A stretch of 64,000 bases of DNA from Parcubacteria group bacterium (GCA_016203945.1 JACQLT010000001.1:6645-70644); one strand, 5' to 3'. Shown: positions 8,032 through 16,563, counted from the stretch's first letter. Translations and numbers: made by a program. The notes: generated from the sequence alone by a model not told the origin.

Positions 8032-8559
8032 CTAACGAGAATAAAACTCAAAGATGAGGGGAATGTCGACTCCGGGATTGGCTTCTTGAACTGTGGGAAG
8101 CCCCTGCACGGTTCCCTTCATTTCTTCCTTGTTGAGCGCAATCCATGAAGGCGCCTCGTACTTCTTCATCGCAAGGCTCGCATTCTTAAACAAGACCTTT
8201 TCCAGCGATTGGGGGCGGATGGCGATGACATCCCCTACTTTTGTCCGGTACGAAGCGACTCCTACCTTTCTCCCGTTTACCAAGATATGTCCGTGAGAAA
8301 CCATCTGCTTTGCCTGATTACGCGTTTGCGCGAATCCCATGCGGAACACGGTGTTATCCAGTCTTCGTTCCAAATACTGGAGCAGCAGATCGCGGGAATC
8401 CCCTCCTTTCCTCGACTGCTCAACCGCTGCTTGCACATAGTTCTTAAACTGCTTCTCGCGGAGAAGGTATGAATTTCTCAAAACCTGCTTCTCTGAAAGC
8501 TGGCGTCCGTATTCTGAGGTCTGACCCGGCCTATGTTTTCGTACGACTGCGTTCTGCAT
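8032..8559 (-). CDS. rpsD: 30S ribosomal protein S4 (N-terminally short)
   Basis: SEYGRQLSEKQVLR..., S4 RNA-binding domain; 175 aa. Confidence 0.88.
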   Translation of the reverse strand: MQNAVVRKHRPGQTSEYGRQLSEKQVLRNSYLLREKQFKNYVQAAVEQSRKGGDSRDLLLQYLERRLDNTVFRMGFAQTRNQAKQMVSHGHILVNGRKVGVASYRTKVGDVIAIRPQSLEKVLFKNASLAMKKYEAPSWIALNKEEMKGTVQGLPTVQEANPGVDIPLIFEFYSR

Positions 8560-8563
8560 AGTA

Positions 8564-8998
8564 TTACACCCTTCTGACTTTGGGGGGGCGGGGCCCGTTA
8601 TGCGGGGTAGGGGTTAGGTCGGTGATAGAGCTGATTTCCAACCCTTTGGTGCCGAGCGAACGAACCGCAGAATCCCTGCCGGACCCCACGCCCCTGACAA
8701 AAACCGCCACGCGCTCAACTCCACGAAGCTTTGCTCCCTGGCTCAGTTGTTCTGCGACCTTGGAAGCCGCAAATGGGGTTGATTTCTTTGTGCCCCTGAA
8801 CCCCATGCGCCCGGCAGACACGCTCAAGACCACGTTTCCCCGCTCGTCGGTCAGGGTCATGATCGTGTTATTGTAGGAAGAATAGATATGTACGCGTCCC
8901 TCCTTAAACTTCTGCTTTCCTGAAACTGTCGTTTCCGGGGCCGCAGATACCGCCTGAGCCCCGGTTTCCCCTTTTTTAATGATTCGTTTCTTTCCCAT
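8564..8998 (-). CDS. rpsK: 30S ribosomal protein S11
   Basis: S11-like core ...NTIMTLTD..GN...SAG..GF.G..KSTPFAA. Confidence 0.92.
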   Translation of the reverse strand: MGKKRIIKKGETGAQAVSAAPETTVSGKQKFKEGRVHIYSSYNNTIMTLTDERGNVVLSVSAGRMGFRGTKKSTPFAASKVAEQLSQGAKLRGVERVAVFVRGVGSGRDSAVRSLGTKGLEISSITDLTPTPHNGPRPPKVRRV

Positions 8999-9000
8999 GA

Positions 9001-9390
9001 TTATGTGGGTGTTGCTGCGGGCTTCCTGCCAGATCCTACTGTTTTTCGTACGTTCCCTCGCACCGTCCTATTATTGGTCTTGGTACGCTGTCCGCGAGTC
9101 GGCAATCCCCTGCTGTGACGCATACCTCTCCAGGATCCGATCGCCTTCAGACGCCTGACATTCATGAGAATCTCTCTGCGCAGCTCTCCTTCAATCTTGT
9201 AGTTCTTCTCAACGTATTCTTTCAGACGGTTCAATTCGTCTGATGTGAGCTTTCCCACCTTCGTTTCCGGGGCGATACGAATCGCCTTGATGATATCCTT
9301 ACTCAACGCAGGACCCACTCCGTAAAGGTATCCTAACGCAATGTCCACCCGTTTATTGTCCGGCAATTGAATGCCGAGAAGTCGTACCAT
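9001..9390 (-). CDS. rpsM: 30S ribosomal protein S13
   Basis: MVRLLGIQLPDNKRV..., S13-like 129 aa. Confidence 0.92.
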   Translation of the reverse strand: MVRLLGIQLPDNKRVDIALGYLYGVGPALSKDIIKAIRIAPETKVGKLTSDELNRLKEYVEKNYKIEGELRREILMNVRRLKAIGSWRGMRHSRGLPTRGQRTKTNNRTVRGNVRKTVGSGRKPAATPT

Positions 9391-9444
9391 ATCGCTATGC
9401 GATATATCAAGTAAAGTTTGTTATAAAAAAATAGCAACTTGTTT

Positions 9445-9558
9445 TTAGCCTTGTCTCTGCTTATGCTTAGGATTTTTGCAGATGATATATATCTTTTGCT
9501 TTCTGCGCACCTGCTTGCAATCCTTGCATCGTTTTTTGATTGATGAACTTACCTTCAT
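9445..9558 (-). CDS. rpmJ: 50S ribosomal protein L36
   Basis: Hand translation: [37 protein letters not shown] (37 aa, below ORF-track size); ATGA overlap with infA stop. Confidence 0.9.
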   Translation of the reverse strand: MKVSSSIKKRCKDCKQVRRKQKIYIICKNPKHKQRQG

Positions 9559-9788
9559 GTTTTTCTGTATGCTCCCCGATATACGATCCTGCCCTTTGTA
9601 CGGTCATAAGGGCTGAGTTCCACGGTGACTTTGTCGCCAGGCAGAATGCGAATCTTATGCATGCGCAATTTGCCCGACACGTATCCCATCACCTCCTTCC
9701 CGTCATCCAGACGCAACTTGAAACGAAAGCTGGGCAGCGCCTCCAATACCTCTCCTTGGCATAGGAGACTTTTATCAGCTTCTTTCAT
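9555..9788 (-). CDS. infA: translation initiation factor IF-1
   Basis: S1-like IF1 sequence ...[35 protein letters not shown]. Confidence 0.93.
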   Translation of the reverse strand: MKEADKSLLCQGEVLEALPSFRFKLRLDDGKEVMGYVSGKLRMHKIRILPGDKVTVELSPYDRTKGRIVYRGAYRKT

Positions 9789-9820
9789 CCTTGAATATGC
9801 CAGAATACACGCACCTTATT

Positions 9821-9849
9821 CATATACCATAGAGGCAAAAAAGGGTCAA
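9821..9849 (-). promoter_or_regulatory. infA-rpmJ-rpsM promoter
   Basis: TTGACC-17-TATATG with TGg extended -10; about 32-nt leader. Confidence 0.45.
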
Positions 9850-11118
9850 CTAGAGCGAATCCAGTCCCAGAGAAACATTGATGCGATTAAGATCAGTCGG
9901 AACTCGCCACTCCCAAAAAGGCCAAAGGGAAATAGCGAGGTTCTTCACCCCCTCTGTGGCTTCTCCCTGCCTGATTGCCATATCCGGAGCTTTCCCCTGG
10001 ACCCTGAGGGCAACATCCTGTTTTTGCACTGTCGCATACGCTTTTCCCTTTGAAAATCCTGCCAGCAGCAGAGCTCCCTTCTTGTGATCCACGTTCTTGA
10101 ACGTATACCCGCTCTGCACGGTCCTTTCAAGAATCGTTTCTCTTAGAGATAGCTCCTTTTGCATCGACCGGCTCAAAAAATCGTTGAGCGCGCTCCTGGA
10201 AAACGCTATCGCCAAAACCCGTACTTTTCCCGTCACATTGAACTGGCTCAGTTCAGCTCCCGCCTTTGCCAAAGAAGAGGTCTGCGATGACTCCACCAGA
10301 AAGGCGTCTTCCGGAATCTCATAGCCTGCAGGGAGCTGTTTTCGCAGTTCCTGTTTTGCCTGCTCCCTGAGCTCAGTTGCAATCATATCTTTGCCCCGGT
10401 CAAGATCATCCTGCGCTACGACCGTTGTTTCGCTTTTGGATCCTCCTGTCATAGGAGCTGACGACTTGCCGTAAATTGCGGTGTACAAGACAGAACCTGC
10501 AAGTCCGGGAAGTGAAAAGCTAGAAGGCCCGATATTGTAATCCTCCCCCGCTTCTGCGGCAACCACGTCAACATTCAGGGATCCGGGATCTCCGCCCTGA
10601 ACGGCTCCCTGTATCACCACGCGAGCCGTTGAGCGGAACAGCTTTCCGTCTTGGGAGACAAAGCGAGTGTTTGCGACAAGGATTTGGGGCGTGCTTGGCC
10701 TCGTATTGTATACGGTGATCACCCCTCGCGCCTGCCCTTGTTTGCTGGATTTCCCGGTTGCGGAAAACAGCCGCGTGCCGTCTTGTTGTTTTGTCAAAGG
10801 AAGCGCTTCGATAACTTCTCCTGCTTGCGCAGGCAGGATGGCTTCTTTCTTTGCGGCCAGAACCTCCTGCTCCACGAAAACTTCCCTGGAATCCGGGGTC
10901 ACCCTAATCGTTGCTTTTGCGGCAAAGAGATGGATGCCGAGTACGGAGACGAACACGAGACACAACGCTAACGCCGATAATACAAAAGACCTCGGGAGCT
11001 TACGACGAGGTTTCTGCGGCTTTGAAGGAATAAGAACCGGGGAAACCACAGGAACAGCCGGGGGCTTTTGTCGCGCGCCAGAGCGCGGAGTGATGTCAAC
11101 AAGTCTTCGATTATTCAT
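9850..11118 (-). CDS. membrane-anchored hypothetical protein (possibly baseplate-J/gp47-like fold)
   Basis: Basic Pro-rich N-terminus, one TM helix, large extracytoplasmic part; block RFVSQDGKLF...VDVVAAEAGEDYNIGP resembles baseplate J family. Confidence 0.4.
   Translation of the reverse strand: MNNRRLVDITPRSGARQKPPAVPVVSPVLIPSKPQKPRRKLPRSFVLSALALCLVFVSVLGIHLFAAKATIRVTPDSREVFVEQEVLAAKKEAILPAQAGEVIEALPLTKQQDGTRLFSATGKSSKQGQARGVITVYNTRPSTPQILVANTRFVSQDGKLFRSTARVVIQGAVQGGDPGSLNVDVVAAEAGEDYNIGPSSFSLPGLAGSVLYTAIYGKSSAPMTGGSKSETTVVAQDDLDRGKDMIATELREQAKQELRKQLPAGYEIPEDAFLVESSQTSSLAKAGAELSQFNVTGKVRVLAIAFSRSALNDFLSRSMQKELSLRETILERTVQSGYTFKNVDHKKGALLLAGFSKGKAYATVQKQDVALRVQGKAPDMAIRQGEATEGVKNLAISLWPFWEWRVPTDLNRINVSLGLDSL
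10820..10837 (-). repeat. family B short variant, hypothetical-gene copy
   Basis: cctgcttgcgcaggcagg; encodes LPAQAG. Confidence 0.65.
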
Positions 11119-11156
11119 ATCTCAATAGAAAGGAATGTTCCTGTATCATACCTTGT

Positions 11157-13034
11157 TTAGGAAGTTTTCAAAAGATGTCCGCGAATTCTCCGCACCCCGG
11201 CCGATACCGCTTCCTGTTTTCCGATGCGGAATCCCCCCACCTCTCTTGTGTGCTGCACGTGAGGGCCTCCGCACAGTTCTCTGGAGAACACGTCTCCTGT
11301 CTCAGGATTTCGGGCGGAATACACTTTCACCACGTCAGGATACTTCTCTCTCGGGGAATACAGAGCTCCCAAAGCTACCGCTTCCTGAAAGGGCATTTCC
11401 TTATATCCCATATCAAGATTCTGGCGAATCGCTTCGTTCACCAAGAACTCTATTTGTCGCACCTCTTCATCCGTCAGCTTCCGATCAAACGTAAAGTCAA
11501 AGCGGGTGCGTTCCGGGGTGATGTCAGAACCTGCCTGATGCACGCTTTCCCCTAATACCTTGCGCAGGGCAGCCTGCAGCAAATGGGTTGCCGTATGCAA
11601 ACGCGTGACAACCTTCAGTTCCTCCTCGTTCGCCGCCTTCAGCTCTCCCGTATCTAGTAAGAGCCCATGACCTCCGAACTTTCGCTCTTTCCCTGCTCTT
11701 GAAATTTCCTGATGTTTTCGAAATTCCTCATCAAATTCTTCCCTATCAATAAAAAGTGCGTGTTCGGCTAACAATTCGTTAATGAGCTCTAGTGGAAATC
11801 CATAACTCTGATATAAATCAAATGCTTCTTTTGGAGATATAGCATTGATGGTATAGGCAGACTTTTTACGAAGGTTTTTCGGAGGCCATCTAACAGCATA
11901 TTTTTTTTTGTTCTTTTCTCTTGATAAAAGCTTCTGAAACTCTGTAAGGCCCTTTTCAAGAGTCTTGCTAAATCTATCTGTCTCTTTCTGTAAAACTTCT
12001 AAAATAACCGACTTTTCTTCTCGTAAATTATTATAGTCAGGAACCTTACCATATATTCGTATGATTTCTTCTGCAGGACTTAAATAAAATTTTGAATCTA
12101 ACCCAGCTCCGATGTACTTATAGTGATTAAGCATGGCTCGCCTTATTAATCTCCGCAAAATATAACCCGCTTCTTTATTTGAGGGTCTTATTCCGTCTCC
12201 GATCAAAAATATACTGGCACGTAGGTGATCGGCAATAACACGGAGCTTTTCTATTGGTTTATCTCCAATAATTTCAATGATTGAACTGAAAATTGACATA
12301 AACAAATCTGTCTCGAATATATTCTTCTTGCCTTGGACAACCATCGCCAGTCTTTCTAACCCCATGCCGGTATCTACTCCCGGCTTCTCTAGCTTCCGCA
12401 ACTTCTTGTCCTTTGAGCAGTAGTACTCGTTGAATACGATGTTCCAGACCTCGGTGTTGTTGATATAGAGCTCGGTAGTGGGACCGCAGGGTCCCTCAGC
12501 TCCTGTGGGCCCCCAGAAGTTGTCCTCTCTCCCCTCCTCTCTGATATCCTTGACGCCAAGCTCACTCCAGAACTTTTTTGACTCCTCATCTCTGGGAACC
12601 TCCTTGTCTCCCCCGAACACGGTCACATACTGAATCTTCAACCCAATTTCTTTCAAGAACTCATGGGCAAGCCGTATCGCCTCCTCCTTGAAGTATCCGC
12701 CAAAAGAGAAGTTTCCAAGCATCTCAAAGAAGGTGAGGTGGGTCTCGTCTCCGACGCTGTCAATGTCTGAGGTGCGGAAGGATTTTTGAATGGATACCGC
12801 GTTCCTGCTTCCCAGGAACTTCCCTCCCAAGGTTTGATGAGGAGAAGACATGGGATCTGCCTCTCCCGTGTAATAGGGCTTAAACTGCTGCATGCCTGCC
12901 GTGGTAAGAAGCACAGAGGCGTCATCTGGAACCAAAGAAGACGAGGGCACAATGGTGTGCTTCCCGCCCGTGGCGGGTCCGCCTTGGGCGGAAAAAAACT
13001 CCAAAAATCTCCTGCGCAACTCCTGCGACTCCAT
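11157..13034 (-). CDS. alaS: alanyl-tRNA synthetase, short form (625 aa, no C-Ala domain)
   Basis: TAGMQQFKP, FEMLGNFSFGGYFK, GMGLERL, editing-domain HTATHLL and CGGPH motifs. Confidence 0.9.
   Translation of the reverse strand: MESQELRRRFLEFFSAQGGPATGGKHTIVPSSSLVPDDASVLLTTAGMQQFKPYYTGEADPMSSPHQTLGGKFLGSRNAVSIQKSFRTSDIDSVGDETHLTFFEMLGNFSFGGYFKEEAIRLAHEFLKEIGLKIQYVTVFGGDKEVPRDEESKKFWSELGVKDIREEGREDNFWGPTGAEGPCGPTTELYINNTEVWNIVFNEYYCSKDKKLRKLEKPGVDTGMGLERLAMVVQGKKNIFETDLFMSIFSSIIEIIGDKPIEKLRVIADHLRASIFLIGDGIRPSNKEAGYILRRLIRRAMLNHYKYIGAGLDSKFYLSPAEEIIRIYGKVPDYNNLREEKSVILEVLQKETDRFSKTLEKGLTEFQKLLSREKNKKKYAVRWPPKNLRKKSAYTINAISPKEAFDLYQSYGFPLELINELLAEHALFIDREEFDEEFRKHQEISRAGKERKFGGHGLLLDTGELKAANEEELKVVTRLHTATHLLQAALRKVLGESVHQAGSDITPERTRFDFTFDRKLTDEEVRQIEFLVNEAIRQNLDMGYKEMPFQEAVALGALYSPREKYPDVVKVYSARNPETGDVFSRELCGGPHVQHTREVGGFRIGKQEAVSAGVRRIRGHLLKTS
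12963..12992 (-). repeat. family A 30-nt in-frame double-hairpin element, alaS copy
   Basis: cccgcccgtggcggg|tccgccttgggcgga; encodes SAQGGPATGG. Confidence 0.8.
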
Positions 13035-13040
13035 GCATTG

Positions 13041-13069
13041 AGTATATCATTTATCCTTGACTCGGTTAA
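13041..13069 (-). promoter_or_regulatory. alaS promoter, leaderless type
   Basis: TTAACC-17-TATACT (TGa extended), 6 nt to ATG. Confidence 0.45.
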
Positions 13070-13070
13070 G

Positions 13071-13079
13071 TTATCCACA
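13071..13079 (+). promoter_or_regulatory. consensus DnaA box
   Basis: TTATCCACA, abuts alaS -35. Confidence 0.3.
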
Positions 13080-13108
13080 CCTTGACTTAGCCAAGGATAT
13101 ACGACCGT

Positions 13109-13149
13109 AAAAGAAAGGGGGGTCAGAGCCACTGATGTGGATAACCCCC
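13109..13149 (-). terminator. terminator-like hairpin after secreted-protein gene
   Basis: GGGGGT...ACCCCC with inner CCAC/GTGG, followed by TTTCTTTT on minus strand. Confidence 0.4.
13136..13144 (-). promoter_or_regulatory. consensus DnaA box (inverted)
   Basis: tgtggataa on plus strand; inside terminator-like loop. Confidence 0.25.
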
Positions 13150-13184
13150 TCGTTGCGAACTCCTGAGAGTCCTTAAGTTGATGA

Positions 13185-14234
13185 TTAGCGCTGCAGCGCT
13201 CCGGCGACGATATCTCCCCGGAAGATGACGTCAGCCCGGTGATACGGACCGATGCCGTTGATTCCCCAAGCAAGGTTGCCAGGGCTCGAATCGTCAAGCC
13301 GCACCTGGATTGCGTCGCCCAGATCGTCAAGATCGGTCGTGTCTCCGTACAGGTAGATCCTTCTCGTTTGCTGGGCTGGCACAACGAGTTCACCAAAACT
13401 GCCGAAGGAACTGCCGAAGTAAATCTCCACTGCGAGATCTGCTTCGTTTTCTCTGATCCCCACCAGAAGCTTGTCTCCAAGCCTGATTCCGTATTCGTCC
13501 CTCAAGACGAATCCCATGTGAGTTTTGGTTTGCTTGGAGATCGATCTGGTGATCCAAAACGTCACGTAGTCCAATTCCTGGAACGTTACGCTTTGGGTTC
13601 CCACTGCCGTGATGTCAAAGACGGCAAGCAGCGTATTGGAAGAAGGGGTGAGCGTTCCGGAAGGAGTGGCCGAGTTTATGGTGAACCTCGGATAGCTCCC
13701 GAAGTACCGATGCGTGGGACCGGGCACCGCATGAAAGTCCCATACCCTCTGGGATGGGGTGGTGCCCATCGCCCCGATGAGGCTCACCTCGATTGGCACC
13801 TCATTGTCTAATGGCGATACCATGGGATAGGTTTCGCCAAGAACCGTGATAGCCTTGAAACTCCCTGCTGGCACCGAAAGCACGCCGTCCTCAAAGTTTA
13901 GTTTGATGACTTGAGGAGAGCTTCCCCCGACTGCAAATTCTTTGATGAGATTGCCAGCGTGGTAGATGCTGAGCTTCGCTATATGCTCGCTGCCGACCAC
14001 GCGGAATACGAGCATAGTCACAGCCACGTTCTCGTTGCCGGCGCTCAGGATGAACGATGCCAAAGGGATATTCATATATCCTGCTGGCACCAGGCTGCTT
14101 ACGGATTCGGCCCGGAAATCCCGCTCCATGCTTAACGAACGGGCTCTCGTTCCCGCTCCCATTGCCGTGGACGCGGGAAGCATCACAGCTAGAACAGCGA
14201 GAATTGCGACCAGGACTGCTAGTTTCTTAAACAC
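13185..14234 (-). CDS. secreted hypothetical protein (two beta-rich repeats)
   Basis: GTG at 14234 preceded by AGAGGAGGG; signal-like FKKLAVLVAILAVLAVMLPASTAMG; ORF-track start 14324 judged too long. Confidence 0.5.
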   Translation of the reverse strand: MFKKLAVLVAILAVLAVMLPASTAMGAGTRARSLSMERDFRAESVSSLVPAGYMNIPLASFILSAGNENVAVTMLVFRVVGSEHIAKLSIYHAGNLIKEFAVGGSSPQVIKLNFEDGVLSVPAGSFKAITVLGETYPMVSPLDNEVPIEVSLIGAMGTTPSQRVWDFHAVPGPTHRYFGSYPRFTINSATPSGTLTPSSNTLLAVFDITAVGTQSVTFQELDYVTFWITRSISKQTKTHMGFVLRDEYGIRLGDKLLVGIRENEADLAVEIYFGSSFGSFGELVVPAQQTRRIYLYGDTTDLDDLGDAIQVRLDDSSPGNLAWGINGIGPYHRADVIFRGDIVAGALQR

Positions 14235-14316
14235 GGGAAATCCCTCCTCTATGCTATCTACATAGGGTTGTAGTTGCTGAATAGCACAATATCGTAAAAC
14301 GTTGGATCTGTCAATA

Positions 14317-15357
14317 TTAGACAATAACGCCGCCTGCGATGAGTTGGGTATCCTGATAGAGAGCCGCCACTTGGCCTGGAGTAATGGCGCGCTGAGGGGT
14401 TTGGAACGTAAGCTTGTACGCGTCCCCTATCTTGGAAAGCGTGGCTGGGGCCAGATGCTGGCGATATCTAATACGCGCATCCACCGAGATGAGATTCTTT
14501 CTCGTGTCCCCAGAAAGCCAGTTTATGTCCCGCAGTATCAGCTCTTTCTGATACAATCCCTCTTCGTTCTTGCTCACTACGAGAATATTGCGATCAATAT
14601 CCTTTTGCACGACGTAGTACGGACCCCCTCCCAATCCAATACCCTTTCTTTGCCCAATGGTGTAATACTGCGCTCCCTCGTGCGTTCCGAGCACGGTTCC
14701 CTGAACATCTATGATCTTCCCTGGCTTCACGGGCAAATAGTGCTTTAAGAAATCAACGACATCCACTTTTCCAACGAAACAAATGCCCTGGCTGTCTTTA
14801 CGTTCCGCATTCGGCAGCCCGAACCTCCTCGCCAGCTCCCGAACCTGAGGCTTCGTATGTTCCCCTATCGGAAACAACACCTTGCTCAGCACCTCTGGCT
14901 TGATAAACGAGAGGAAGTACGACTGATCTTTGTTTTCATCAACGGCCTCCCGCAGCTTTCCGTCCTTCAGGCGGGCATAGTGGCCGGTTGCGACGTATGC
15001 GGCTCCGAGCTGTATTGCCTTTTCAAAGAACAAGCCGAATTTGATTTCCTTGTTGCACATGGCATCAGGATTCGGAGTAATCCCTTTGCGGTAGCCTTCC
15101 AAGAGATAATCAACGACCCGTTTCTTGTACTCATCAATGAAGTTCACGGCGTAAAAGGGAATGTTCAGATGAGAAGCCGCCAGGCGAGCCATGCGCTCGT
15201 CTTCTTTGCTCGTGCACGCAGGAGACAATTCGGCCGACCAGCACTTCATGAAGATTCCGACAACCTCAAAACCGGCCTTCTTGAGCAAGGCCGCGGCTAC
15301 CGAAGAATCCACGCCTCCCGACATGGCGACTATAATTTTTGATCGCTTCTTGATCAT
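14317..15357 (-). CDS. mnmA: tRNA 2-thiouridine(34) synthase
   Basis: PP-loop AMSGGVDSSV, full-length MnmA/TrmU similarity. Confidence 0.9.
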   Translation of the reverse strand: MIKKRSKIIVAMSGGVDSSVAAALLKKAGFEVVGIFMKCWSAELSPACTSKEDERMARLAASHLNIPFYAVNFIDEYKKRVVDYLLEGYRKGITPNPDAMCNKEIKFGLFFEKAIQLGAAYVATGHYARLKDGKLREAVDENKDQSYFLSFIKPEVLSKVLFPIGEHTKPQVRELARRFGLPNAERKDSQGICFVGKVDVVDFLKHYLPVKPGKIIDVQGTVLGTHEGAQYYTIGQRKGIGLGGGPYYVVQKDIDRNILVVSKNEEGLYQKELILRDINWLSGDTRKNLISVDARIRYRQHLAPATLSKIGDAYKLTFQTPQRAITPGQVAALYQDTQLIAGGVIV

Positions 15358-15365
15358 AGGAAGGT

Positions 15366-15845
15366 TTAGGAGAATCGGTCGGCTACCGAGGACGCGGCAA
15401 AGGACTCTGGCTTGATGACTGGTTCAAATCCGTTGCCGCGGATGAGTCCTACGATCTCTTTAATCATGTCCTTGGTCGGCCCATTCTCCCCGACATCCGC
15501 GTGAATATACTGGATCTTGTCCCCAAAATGTTCTCGCAAAAACGAAGCGAAATCGCAAGAAAGCAGCACTTCTTGCAAGATGCGCTCATGCAGATTGTGA
15601 AACTTCCTAGCCTCAGGGTACTTTACCTTATGAATGAAAAAACGGCCGCCTTCCCCGTGCCGCAATACCACGACCACCAAGGGAAACGTGGGCTCCAAAG
15701 AAGAGGAGGAGTCGCAGCCGACGATGATCTCGTATTCTTTCTCCTGCTTCTCTTCCGTATAGTTCCGGATCTCCTCAAATACCTGCTCCATGGTAAGCTG
15801 ACCCTTGGTTGGATTGAAAAATTTTCCTTCCCAGAATATATTCAT
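15366..15845 (-). CDS. YkuK/DUF458 RNase H-like family protein
   Basis: IIVGCDSS...FIHKV...YIHADVG pattern; start at MNIFWEG, longer ORF overlaps tpiA. Confidence 0.55.
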   Translation of the reverse strand: MNIFWEGKFFNPTKGQLTMEQVFEEIRNYTEEKQEKEYEIIVGCDSSSSLEPTFPLVVVVLRHGEGGRFFIHKVKYPEARKFHNLHERILQEVLLSCDFASFLREHFGDKIQYIHADVGENGPTKDMIKEIVGLIRGNGFEPVIKPESFAASSVADRFS

Positions 15846-15859
15846 ACAACTCTCTGAGC

Positions 15860-16561
15860 TTACCCGAAACCCGTCTTTTTTACAAGATGTGCGAACTCTC
15901 TGGGCTTGAGCGATGCCTGGCCGACCAAGAATCCTTGCACCATGCCTTTTTTGAGAAACACGCCTGCGTTTTTGGCAGATACGCTTCCTCCGTACAGGAA
16001 GGTGGCGGATGGCGCAATTGCTCCCAGCCGCTGCACCATCTTTCTCACTTCGTTCGGACGCGCGGGCTTTGCCCCTTTGCGCGTACTGATTGCCCACGAG
16101 GGCTCATACGCCACTTTGATTTTTCCGTAGCTGCTCTTTGAAACTCCCTTGAGGGCCTTCATAAGCTGAGCCACGTTCTCTACGCAAACGACGGGAACAA
16201 GCCCTGCTTTGAGCGCAGCGCGCAGTTTCCCGTTGACCATGAAATCGGTTTCGCCAGATTCTCGCCTGAGCTCCGGGTGTCCCAGGATGACGAATGCACA
16301 GCCAAGCGCTTTGAGCATGGCAGGAGCAACTTGGCCCGTGTGAGCCCCCTCTTCTTCCGATGACATGTCCTGGGCGCCGAGCGGCAGCCCGCTGCGCTTC
16401 AACTGGCGCCCCACGGCCGCAAGATACGGGAACGGCGGACAGATGACGACGCGGACCCCATGCGTGTCCCTCAGATGCCGTTTCACAGAACCCGCCAGCA
16501 CAATAGCCAGATTGAGGCTCTTTGGATTCATCTTCCAGTTCGCTATGACCAGGCGTTCCAT
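15860..16561 (-). CDS. tpiA: triosephosphate isomerase
   Basis: ANWKMN, ILGHPELR, AYEPSWAIST motifs; start MERLVIANWKMN. Confidence 0.88.
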   Translation of the reverse strand: MERLVIANWKMNPKSLNLAIVLAGSVKRHLRDTHGVRVVICPPFPYLAAVGRQLKRSGLPLGAQDMSSEEEGAHTGQVAPAMLKALGCAFVILGHPELRRESGETDFMVNGKLRAALKAGLVPVVCVENVAQLMKALKGVSKSSYGKIKVAYEPSWAISTRKGAKPARPNEVRKMVQRLGAIAPSATFLYGGSVSAKNAGVFLKKGMVQGFLVGQASLKPREFAHLVKKTGFG

Positions 16562-16563
16562 AT

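Noticed and set aside
12653-13480. 275-aa minus-strand ORF spanning the alaS 5' end, the intergenic region and the 3' end of the secreted-protein gene
   Set aside because: It is an out-of-frame shadow of two well-supported genes, crosses a promoter/terminator region, and has a low-complexity Ser/Thr/Pro-rich translation.
15366-16097. Long N-terminal extensions suggested by the ORF track (also 16699, 27451, 28526, 29620, 35366, 36166, 47285, 54965, 56505, 57847)
   Set aside because: The extensions overlap the upstream gene in another frame. Canonical family N-termini begin at internal ATGs that abut the upstream stop codon.
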